Below, one piece after another: positions 8,901-16,001 of a DNA stretch of 23,263 nt. Source of the DNA: Pedosphaera sp. (GTDB lineage: Bacteria; Verrucomicrobiota; Verrucomicrobiia; Limisphaerales; SIBH01); the NCBI GenBank assembly GCA_031414955.1, contig JANOQV010000303.1, positions 1 through 23,263 of the forward strand. The letters run 5' to 3'. The notes below the pieces were generated by a model. That model made no database searches. It was not told the DNA's origin and worked only from the letters and a program-made list of their open reading frames with translations. Within the stretch, counting starts at the first letter, position 1, and every line of letters begins with the position of its first letter. Both the position numbers and the translations under genes were made by a program.

Positions 8901-10064
8901 GGCATGGGTACCAATGGGCTTGCGGGAGCGCGAGGGACAAACGGGCCGAGCGCCAGTGGAATGAACACCAACGCTCTTGCTGGCACGCGGGGAACCAATG
9001 CTTCTCCCGGGAGTGGCAGGAACACAAACACAATTGCCGGACTGCGCGGCACCAACGCCGTTCCAGGAATGAACACCAACGGTTTGGCGGGCGGGTCTGG
9101 CGGCACGAACATGCAGGCTGGTGCGGGACAAGGAACCAATTCGCAGCAACTCGCCTCCGCGCAACAAAACGGACAGCCGGGAAATCCGCAGGGCAATCAA
9201 CCGAACCAGAATTCAGGCCAGCAAGGTCAGGGGCAACCGTCCGATCAAGCCAGCGCGCAACCAGGACAACAGCCGGGCGCTCAACAAGGCCAACCGGGAC
9301 AACAGGGCCAGCAAGCTCAGGCGCAGCAAGGGCAGCAAGGCCAACAGGGCCAGGGTCAACAAGGACAACAACCCGGCCAACAGCAAGGACAGCAGGGTCA
9401 ACAAGGTCAGGGACAACAGCAGGCGCAGGCGCAACAGGGGCAAGGCCAGCAAGGGCAAGGCCAGCAGGGACAGCAACCCGGCCAACAGCCGGGACAGCCG
9501 GGCCAAGGTCAGGGCCAGGGCCAGGGCCAGGCGCAACAACCGCAGCAGGCCAACGCGCAGAATCCTGGCGAGCCGCAGCCAGGCCAACCGCCACAGGGCG
9601 AACAGCCACCGAATCAAAATCCCGGTCGTGGTCGCAACGGCCAGCGCGCCACCCAACTGGCGAACATGTTCAACCAGCCCGGCTCCGGGCCGCGCCAAGG
9701 AGATCGCGCCGATTCGGAAACCGGTCCCCTGCTCGGCGAGGATGATTTCAGCGACTGGTCCAAGCGCCTCAGCAACGTGGAGGAGATGCTCGACAAGCCG
9801 GAATTGCGCAACCAGGTGGCGCAGGCGCGAGACCGCGCGCGTGCGACGCGCAGCGAGTTCAAGCGCAACAACAAGCCCCCGCAGTGGGACATGGTGCAGA
9901 AGGATATTCTCAAGCCGCTTGTCGAAGTGCGCGAGCGGCTCGCGGACGAACTGAGCCGGCGCGACTCGAAAGACTCGCTCGCGCCCATTGACCGCGACCC
10001 GGTGCCGAACAAGTATTCGGACCTTGTGAAACGCTACTACGAGAAGCTCGGCACCGGCCAGTGA
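5910..10064 (+). CDS. Large membrane-anchored coiled-coil protein, DUF4175-like
   Basis: Three N-terminal TM segments; Ig-like region with YPTYT and AQDDFGL motifs; RTSSDMYFAEVRAFEE; long Q/E/K coiled coil; Q/G-rich tail; C-terminal DRDPVPNKYSDLVKRYYEKL. Confidence 0.85.
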   Translation: MTEILLKRELEPLARQRQRFKLLIALAVSWCVVAAVAFGAFIVSRYFLPLAPTLLITGVVVLAIIAYAISSKIVNRSAPDFRDLARKIETDKPDLHTLLLTAVEQERDEKTGRLGYLQERLIGDALGAIRQEQNLHVVPRSRMLFANAIHLVALIILALVLFKVPGGPQSSALLANSAASASRAKSNVTVTPGDALVEKGSALVVLAKFDGVVPPGATLVVTTNGGTAQRIPLAKNLNDPVFGASIAEVRGPLTYRVEFGEEQTPEFKVTVFEHPRLERADAQITYPTYTELPTKRIEDTKRISAVEGSTVDFDFQLNKPVASARLVAKDQTILPVDIETNKAQAHLKAYKLETSQSYELQLVDADGRSNKLVTTFVFDVLTNGRPTLKFIAPRGDQRVSPLQEMLFSAEAQDDFGLRDHGLSYSVGGGELTTFVAGTNAPAKVKTNFTHLLKLEELRAQPDQLVSYFIWADDVGPDGQIRRTSSDMYFAEVRAFEEIFREAESMTGEQQQQQQQQQRQNQATKLVELQKQIINATWKLQRQETSPKPSAQYLTDEPVVRDSQASAIEQAQGMEEEAQDVRAKEALQSALKHMDAALEQLNNATNSLSPLPKALAEEQAAFQDLLKLQAREFQVAKAQKQQGPPQKQESQRNQSQIDQLDLKQEENRYETERQATAPQQDAAKQEQLEQINRLKELAQRQQDINEKLKELQTALQEAKTEKEKEDLQRELKRLREEQREQLADMDELKQRMEAQKGEQAQSKEAQQQLDQARQEAQKASEAMEKGQVSQALASGTRAERDLEKMRDEARKKNSNQFSEEMKQMRNDARDLAEKQDEIKKKLDETVNQPKALSDSGEAQKLAEQLAQQKQGVTNLLDQMKKVSAQSENVEPLLSKQLYDSLRKNSQGNLVQSLAASEELLKRNFTREAQQFEQRANKDIQNLKQDVERAAESVLGDETEALRAAKRELDALTQQLQSELARAMATNAAASNALAAATRGMGTNGLAGARGTNGPSASGMNTNALAGTRGTNASPGSGRNTNTIAGLRGTNAVPGMNTNGLAGGSGGTNMQAGAGQGTNSQQLASAQQNGQPGNPQGNQPNQNSGQQGQGQPSDQASAQPGQQPGAQQGQPGQQGQQAQAQQGQQGQQGQGQQGQQPGQQQGQQGQQGQGQQQAQAQQGQGQQGQGQQGQQPGQQPGQPGQGQGQGQGQAQQPQQANAQNPGEPQPGQPPQGEQPPNQNPGRGRNGQRATQLANMFNQPGSGPRQGDRADSETGPLLGEDDFSDWSKRLSNVEEMLDKPELRNQVAQARDRARATRSEFKRNNKPPQWDMVQKDILKPLVEVRERLADELSRRDSKDSLAPIDRDPVPNKYSDLVKRYYEKLGTGQ
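8901..9110 (+). repeat. Intragenic tandem repeat, about 4 units of 51-57 bp (GMNTN-x-LAG-x-RGTN)
   Basis: GMGTNGLAGARGTNGPSAS / GMNTNALAGTRGTNASPGS / GRNTNTIAGLRGTNAVP / GMNTNGLAGGSGGTN. Confidence 0.8.
9160..9620 (+). repeat. Low-complexity Gln/Gly/Pro coding repeats
   Basis: Repeated QQGQ, GQQPG and QAQAQQGQ units. Confidence 0.85.
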
Positions 10065-10121
10065 AGTCCGGCGACGGCCCAGAAACCTCGCGGAAATTTC
10101 ATTTTCCGCAAGCCCGCCCGA

Positions 10122-10130
10122 TGCTACTCT
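10122..10130 (+). promoter_or_regulatory. Extended -10 promoter, probably giving a leaderless mRNA
   Basis: TGc-TACTCT ends 6 nt before ATG 10137; no Shine-Dalgarno. Confidence 0.5.
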
Positions 10131-10136
10131 CCGGGC

Positions 10137-10370
10137 ATGAAAGCTTACGACGAGGCCATTGAGTTCATCGCGGGCGGACCGAGCGTGCGTCGCGTGGCGG
10201 ACTTTCAAGCCTCGCCGAAAACCAGGGCGCGCGTCGAACTGCTCATCCGCAAGGAAAAGAACGACGGGTTGACGCCGGGGGAAAAATCCGAACTGGACGA
10301 CTTCATGTCCCTCGAACACCTCATGCGACTGGCCAAGGCGCGGGCGCGCGGGCGTCTGGCCCATGCGTAG
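10137..10370 (+). CDS. Small hypothetical protein, putative antitoxin partner of the HNH gene
   Basis: 77 aa helical; RVELLIRKEKNDGLTPGEKSELDDF...LEHLMRLAKARA; 8-bp overlap with the HNH gene. Confidence 0.8.
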   Translation: MKAYDEAIEFIAGGPSVRRVADFQASPKTRARVELLIRKEKNDGLTPGEKSELDDFMSLEHLMRLAKARARGRLAHA

Positions 10371-10806
10371 CCGCATTAGCGCGGCTTTGCGGCGGCAGGT
10401 CGGGCGCCGCGCAAATTTTCTCTGCGAGTATTGCCTCATTCACGCAGCGGACACTTACGTCGGCTGCCAGGTGGATCACATCATCAGCGAAAAACACGGC
10501 GGGCCGACGGACGCCCGGAACCTCGCGCTCGCCTGCGCCTGTTGCAATCGCCAGAAGGGCAGCGACGTCGGCTCGATCGGTAAGCCGGGCGGGAAGTTCG
10601 TCCGCCTCTTCAATCCGCGCGCTGACCGATGGAGCAAACATTTCCGGCTCGTCGGCGTCCGCATCACCTGGCGCACGGCCATTGGCGAAGCCACGGTGCG
10701 CCTGCTCAAGTTCAACGACTCGATGCGCATCGCAGAACGCAGCCTCCTGAAGCGGTACGGCAAATTTCCCGCCCCGGCGGCGCTGGAAAAGATCAATGCA
10801 AGTTAG
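10363..10806 (+). CDS. HNH endonuclease
   Basis: CEYC...VDHIISEKHGG...NLALACACCNRQKG, LFNPRADRWSKHF. Confidence 0.92.
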   Translation: MRSRISAALRRQVGRRANFLCEYCLIHAADTYVGCQVDHIISEKHGGPTDARNLALACACCNRQKGSDVGSIGKPGGKFVRLFNPRADRWSKHFRLVGVRITWRTAIGEATVRLLKFNDSMRIAERSLLKRYGKFPAPAALEKINAS

Positions 10807-11069
10807 GAACGCACAGGAGTCCCAACGGGATTGGGGGCCGTGCGCAGGCCGTGGCCGGGGAACAGCGCCGCTTTCGGACACGCCCACGGCGAACGGCACC
10901 GGATCGCGCCACGACGGGAAAAGGCGGCGGCCCGGAATCAAAAACCTTCACAGGGAATGGAAACTCCGGTTTGATGAAACTCGTGAAAGCAAACAGGGCA
11001 CTTCAACACCATCGAGTTGCAACGGGTGCATTCGTTCTGGCGCAATGAAAAGTTAGGCGACGTTACGCG

Positions 11070-11867
11070 ATGCAAACATTCCTGCTAACTTGGAATCCGA
11101 AAAAGTGGCCATGGGAGACACTGGATTCTGATCACGCGCGGTTCCTCAAGCAAGGTTTCCTCGACGACCGATGGAGTAGCGGACGCAGCAAACGTCCTCG
11201 ATCTGGTGACCGCGTCTTTTTACTCCGGCAGGGACAGGAGCCACGCGGAATCTTGGCATCCGGTGCTGTCACGTCCGACGAACCAATCGTCGATGAGCAT
11301 TTTTCAGAGGAAGGTCGTTCAGCACTCTACGTTTCTGTCCGCTTCGACGTTCTCCTGCACCCACACCGCGAGCAAATCCTGCCGCGATCTGCTCTCGAAT
11401 CGGGGGCAATGGCAGACGTTCATTGGGATACGCAAGCAAGTGGCATCAGCATCTCTCCGAACGCAGCCGCAGAGCTTGAGGAGCTTTGGCGTGCGTTCCT
11501 TATCAAGCACGGCTACTCACCTATCATCCTGGCCGACGAGGTTTCTACGGCGGAGCGGTTTTGGGAAGGCGCATTACGACGCATCACCGTCAATGCTTAC
11601 GAGCGAGATGCGACTGCTCGGCGTGCCTGCATCACTCACTTCGGTACGGTTTGCCGCGTGTGCGACTTCGATTTTGGTGCCACCTATGGCGAGCTTGGGA
11701 AAGGGTTCATCCACGTTCACCACACTCGCCCCCTCAGTGAGGTTCGCGCGGGTTACGCCGTTGACCCGAAGCTAGACTTGATTCCAGTCTGCCCGAATTG
11801 CCATGCGATGCTTCACCAAAATTCACCCCCGCTCACAATTGAGGAGCTTCAAAAGTTTCTCCAGTGA
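11070..11867 (+). CDS. EVE/PUA-like + McrA-type HNH nuclease, putative modification-dependent (type IV) restriction enzyme
   Basis: N-terminal FLLTWNPKKW...W...GDRVFL...GILASG (EVE-like); C-terminal EG...VNAYERD...CRVCDFDF...YG...FIHVHH...DLIPVCPNCHAMLH. Confidence 0.85.
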   Translation: MQTFLLTWNPKKWPWETLDSDHARFLKQGFLDDRWSSGRSKRPRSGDRVFLLRQGQEPRGILASGAVTSDEPIVDEHFSEEGRSALYVSVRFDVLLHPHREQILPRSALESGAMADVHWDTQASGISISPNAAAELEELWRAFLIKHGYSPIILADEVSTAERFWEGALRRITVNAYERDATARRACITHFGTVCRVCDFDFGATYGELGKGFIHVHHTRPLSEVRAGYAVDPKLDLIPVCPNCHAMLHQNSPPLTIEELQKFLQ

Positions 11868-14236
11868 TGCCCCTCGCTGAACTTCATCTCACCTCCACGC
11901 AATCCCTGTGGCCGCTGGCCGCAGCGTTCTGCGTTCTCGTCGGGTTCGTGGTCTGGGCCTACGGACGCTCGTCAGGCTCGACCGCAGTGCGCTCCGTTTG
12001 CACGACGCTGAAAATCATCGGCATTGCGGCGCTCGTCCTCTGCCTGCTCGAACCGCTCTGGAGCAAGCAGCGCGTGAAGCCGGGTGCAAATTTCTTCGTG
12101 GTGCTCGCGGACAACAGCCAGGGACTCCAGATTCACGACCGCGGCCAGGCGCAGTCGCGCGGCGAGGTGATGAAGAAGCGGCTGGCGGACACGGGCGGGG
12201 GCACTTGGCAACAGACGCTCGCGGAGACTTTCCAGTTGCGCCGCTACTCGTTCGATGCGCGGCTTCAGCCGGCGAATGACTTCAGCGACCTGGATTTCAA
12301 GGGTGGCGCGTCGGCGATGCACTCGGCCTTGCGCAACATTGCCGAGCGTTTTCGCGGGCAACCACTGGCGGGCGTCATTGTCTATACCGACGGCAACGCC
12401 ACCGATTCGAGCGCGCTCCTGGACATGCCCGGCCTGCCGCCGATTTACCCGGTCCTTGCCGGCAGCGACGATGTACCGCGCGATGTCTCGGTGCAGAAAG
12501 TCGTGGTGAGCCAGACGGCGTTCGAGGACGCGCCGGTGACGATTCAAGCCGACGTGAGCGCCGACGGCTACAACGACGAGGAGATCGTCGCGCAGTTGTT
12601 CGACAGCACCGGAAAAAAACTCGAGGAGCAGAAGCAGCGCGCCGGGCGCAGCGAACAGATGCTGGCCTTCCGCTTCCGGCTCAAGCCCGCGGAGCGCGGG
12701 CTGAATTTCTATCAGGTCCGCGCCGCCACGCGTTCTGATCTGAACAATCCCACGAATGAGAACTCCGAGGCCACGCAGGCGAACAACAGCCGCGCCGCCG
12801 TGGTGGACCGCGGGCGCGGGCCGTATCGCATTCTCTACGTCGCGGGCCGGCCGAACTGGGAGTTCAAGTTCCTCAATCGCGCGCTGACCGAGGACGACCA
12901 GATCGAACTCGTGGCGTTGATTCGCATCGCGCGGCGCGAGCGCAAAAATTTTGAGTTCCTGGGCCGCCAGGGCGAGATGAACAACCCGCTCTTCCGCGGG
13001 TTCGGCCAGACGAACGAAGATCAGGAGCGCTACGATCAGCCGGTGCTGGTGCGACTCAACACGAAGGACGAGGCGGAGTTGAAAGGCGGTTTCCCCAAGA
13101 CCGCCGAGGATTTATTTCAGTACCACGCCATCGTGCTCGACGATCTGGAGTCGGGCTTTTTCACCCGCGACCAGATGACGCTGGTGCAGAAGTTTGTCTC
13201 TGAGCGCGGCGGCGGATTGCTGATGCTGGGCGGCGCGGAATCGTTCCGCGAGGGCAAGTTCGCCCGCACGCCCATCGGCGACATGTTGCCAGTATATCTC
13301 GACCGTCCACCTTCCGCGCGGCCGTCCGGCCCGGTAAAATTCTCCCTGACGCCGGAAGGCTGGCTCCAGCCTTGGACGCGATTGCGCGACAACGAAACCG
13401 AGGAACGCACCCGCATCGAGAAGATGCCGGGCTTCGAGGTGTTGAACGAGGCCAGCCAGATCAAGCCCGGCGCGAGCACGCTGGCCAGCGTGGCCGATCC
13501 GCAGGGGCGCTCCTTCCCCGCCCTCGTCTCGCAACGCTTTGGCGGTGGACGCACCGCCGCGCTGATGATCGGCGACCTGTGGCGCTGGGGCATGCGCGAT
13601 GAAACGATGCACAAGGACATGGACAAGACCTGGCGTCAGATGATGCGCTGGCTCGTGTCCGATGTGCCGAACCGCATCGAAGTGACCATAGAACCGAAAG
13701 AATCCTCCGACTCGGTGGCGTTGCAGTTGCGGGCGCGGGACAAAAATTTCCAACCGCTCGACAATGCCACCGTGCAACTCACCATCACCGCCATCGACGA
13801 GGCGGCGGCGAAATCCACCAACAGCCCGACCAACAGCGTGCGCATGACCGCCGAGGCCGCGACGGAAGCTGGCGTTTACGAAGCCAGTTACATCACGCGC
13901 AAGGCCGGTGCTTATCGCGTCGATGCCGTGGTCAACGATGCCAATGGCGCGGAAGTGGGCCGCTCCGCCGCCGGTTGGACCAGCGATCCGGCGGCGGAAG
14001 AATTCCGTTCGCTCCGGCCCAACCGAGCCTTGCTGGAGACGCTGGCGAAGCGCACCGGCGGCGAAGTCATCGCTGCCAACGATCTGGAACGCTTCGCGAA
14101 AGCATTGCCCAACAAGAAAGCGCCCATCACCGAGAACGCGGCCATCCCGCTCTGGCACACCCCGGCCATGTTCCTCTTCGCGCTGGCCTGCTTCGTCTCC
14201 GAGTGGGGCGTGCGCCGGTGGAAAGGATTGCCGTGA
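11867..14236 (+). CDS. Membrane protein with VWA-like and class I glutamine-amidotransferase-like domains
   Basis: Two N-terminal TMs, LLEP; VLADNSQG and VYTDGN (degenerate MIDAS); RILYVAGRPNWEFKFLNRAL; GGGLLMLGGAESF; LETLAKRTGG; C-terminal TM + EWGVRRWKGL; ATG overlaps the upstream TGA (TGATG). Confidence 0.85.
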   Translation: MPLAELHLTSTQSLWPLAAAFCVLVGFVVWAYGRSSGSTAVRSVCTTLKIIGIAALVLCLLEPLWSKQRVKPGANFFVVLADNSQGLQIHDRGQAQSRGEVMKKRLADTGGGTWQQTLAETFQLRRYSFDARLQPANDFSDLDFKGGASAMHSALRNIAERFRGQPLAGVIVYTDGNATDSSALLDMPGLPPIYPVLAGSDDVPRDVSVQKVVVSQTAFEDAPVTIQADVSADGYNDEEIVAQLFDSTGKKLEEQKQRAGRSEQMLAFRFRLKPAERGLNFYQVRAATRSDLNNPTNENSEATQANNSRAAVVDRGRGPYRILYVAGRPNWEFKFLNRALTEDDQIELVALIRIARRERKNFEFLGRQGEMNNPLFRGFGQTNEDQERYDQPVLVRLNTKDEAELKGGFPKTAEDLFQYHAIVLDDLESGFFTRDQMTLVQKFVSERGGGLLMLGGAESFREGKFARTPIGDMLPVYLDRPPSARPSGPVKFSLTPEGWLQPWTRLRDNETEERTRIEKMPGFEVLNEASQIKPGASTLASVADPQGRSFPALVSQRFGGGRTAALMIGDLWRWGMRDETMHKDMDKTWRQMMRWLVSDVPNRIEVTIEPKESSDSVALQLRARDKNFQPLDNATVQLTITAIDEAAAKSTNSPTNSVRMTAEAATEAGVYEASYITRKAGAYRVDAVVNDANGAEVGRSAAGWTSDPAAEEFRSLRPNRALLETLAKRTGGEVIAANDLERFAKALPNKKAPITENAAIPLWHTPAMFLFALACFVSEWGVRRWKGLP

Positions 14237-15408
14237 GTAGCGGAGATGCGTCGATGGGCCACGGATTCGCCGAACGAGCGAAACCGGCCAAGACCTCTCC
14301 CTCTCCCCTCAACGGGGAGAGGGCCGGGGTGAGGGGTGGGAATGGCGCATGGCTCTCGACATTTCTTGAGCGCGTCCGTCGCACCACCCCTCACCCTCAT
14401 TCCCTCTCCCCGTTGAGGGGAGAGGGAGGCTTGAATCGTGGCGTTCTGTGCAAGGTGTTCGCCTTTCTCTTGCTCGTCGGCGCGCTTCACCAGACAGAGG
14501 CTGCACAAACCAACTCCACCAAACCCACCGTCATGGTTCTCTCCGGTGCTCCGGGCGAGGACGATTTCGGCAAGGTCTTCGCCGAGGCCACGGAATCATG
14601 GCGGCAGGCGGCCCAGAAGGCGGACGCTCACTTCATCGAAATCGGCACGGCCAGCCACACCAGCACGAATGACCTGGAAGTGTTCCGCACCACACTGTCG
14701 AAGGAGCCGACCAACTCGCTGACGGCACTCTGGATCGTGCTCATCGGCCACGGGACGTTTGATGGGCGCGAGACCAAGTTTAATTTGCTCGGGCCGGATT
14801 TGTCCGCAGGCACGTTGTCGAACTTGCTGGCCGGCTTTCAGCGGCCGGTGGCCATCATCAACGGAGCCTCATCCAGCGCGCCCTTCATCAAGTCTCTGTC
14901 GGGAAAAAACCGCGTCGTCGTCACGGCCACGCGCAGCGGCTCCGAGGAAAACTTCACGCGCTTCGGCAAGTTCATCGCGCAAACCATCGGCGAGGCGGAG
15001 GCGGACCTCGACAAGGACGGCCAGACCTCCTTGCTCGAAGCGTTTCTCATGGCCTCGCGCCGGGTCAACGAGTTCTACAAGACCGAGGGGCGGCTCGCCA
15101 CCGAGCACGCGCTCATCGACGACAATGGCGATGGACTCGGCACTCCAGCAGACTGGTTTCGCGGCATCCGCGCGGTGAAGAAGTCCGCGAACAATTCCCC
15201 GCTCGACGGCACCCGCGCCCATCAATGGCATCTCATCCGCAGCACGCAGGATCAGAAGCTCACGCCCGAGCAGCGCCAGAGGCGCGACGATCTGGAACTG
15301 GAGATCAGCCAACTGCGCCAACTGAAGTCCACTCTTGAGGAAGGCGAATACTACAGCCGACTGGAGAAACTGTTGACGGAACTCGGCGGCATCCTCGAGC
15401 CGCGCTGA
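14233..15408 (+). CDS. Exported caspase/peptidase C13-fold protein, canonical Cys absent
   Basis: IVLIGHG, IINGASSSAPFI, VVTATRSGSE, ADLDKDGQTSLLEAF, TEHALIDDNGDG; GTG 14233 overlaps the upstream TGA (GTGA); start uncertain (alternative TTG 14431). Confidence 0.75.
   Translation: MSSGDASMGHGFAERAKPAKTSPSPLNGERAGVRGGNGAWLSTFLERVRRTTPHPHSLSPLRGEGGLNRGVLCKVFAFLLLVGALHQTEAAQTNSTKPTVMVLSGAPGEDDFGKVFAEATESWRQAAQKADAHFIEIGTASHTSTNDLEVFRTTLSKEPTNSLTALWIVLIGHGTFDGRETKFNLLGPDLSAGTLSNLLAGFQRPVAIINGASSSAPFIKSLSGKNRVVVTATRSGSEENFTRFGKFIAQTIGEAEADLDKDGQTSLLEAFLMASRRVNEFYKTEGRLATEHALIDDNGDGLGTPADWFRGIRAVKKSANNSPLDGTRAHQWHLIRSTQDQKLTPEQRQRRDDLELEISQLRQLKSTLEEGEYYSRLEKLLTELGGILEPR
14298..14427. repeat. Palindromic interspersed element (ccctctcccc...ggggagaggg...ggggtgagggg type)
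   Basis: Left arm 14298-14339 is a near-perfect inverted repeat of right arm 14384-14427; each arm has its own internal hairpin. Confidence 0.9.
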
Positions 15409-15416
15409 ACCACGCC

Positions 15417-16001
15417 GTGCCGGAGACTTCCATCAGCCCGAGACGCACCTGGTACGCGGTGGCGGCTTTCCTGGTCGTGGCCGGTGTCCTGGCCATTCCC
15501 GCTTCCATCGTCCTCTCCGTCCTGATGTTCCCGAAGCCGGTGCAGTTCATGGTCCCGGGCTTGAACGAGTTCAACCTGACCGCCCCGGGCAAATACGTTC
15601 TCTGGCACGAGACTGAAACCATCTTCCACGGGCGAACCTACTCGGGAAGCCAGTTGCCGGACGGGCTGCTCATGCAACTTTCCAACACGGCCACGCGGGC
15701 CGTCATCCCCCTCGCTCCCGATCAGCGCACGACCATGACCTCCGGTGCCAGTTCGCGGCGTTCCATCGCCACGTTCAGCATCACGACGCCCGGTCCACAT
15801 GTGCTGAGTGTGGAGGGGCAGGCGCCACCGATGGTCTTCTCCTTCGGGAAATCGGAATGGGGAAACCTGTTCTGGTCGATGGGCCTCGGATTCATTCTCG
15901 CCCCTTCACTCGTCCTCGTGGGTGTCGTGCTCGGCCTCTGCGTGCTCGTGAGACGCCGGAACCAGAGGAACGCTCTGAGCCGAGGTCAAGCCAGCCGGTA
16001 A
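15417..16001 (+). CDS. Hypothetical membrane protein (2 TM flanking a beta-rich domain)
   Basis: 194 aa; hydrophobic N- and C-terminal segments, basic tail RRRNQR; 8 nt after the previous stop. Confidence 0.75.
   Translation: MPETSISPRRTWYAVAAFLVVAGVLAIPASIVLSVLMFPKPVQFMVPGLNEFNLTAPGKYVLWHETETIFHGRTYSGSQLPDGLLMQLSNTATRAVIPLAPDQRTTMTSGASSRRSIATFSITTPGPHVLSVEGQAPPMVFSFGKSEWGNLFWSMGLGFILAPSLVLVGVVLGLCVLVRRRNQRNALSRGQASR

Larger units (their letters stand above)
10065..11867 (+). mobile_element. Putative 1.8-kb inserted defence cassette (no mobility gene)
   Basis: Bounded by direct repeat CCAGTGA (10058-10064 and 11861-11867); separates two genes of one envelope module; carries two HNH nuclease genes. 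Confidence 0.5.

Noticed and set aside
9160..9620. CRISPR-like array
   Set aside because: Irregular coding low-complexity repeats; no constant repeat-spacer period and no cas genes
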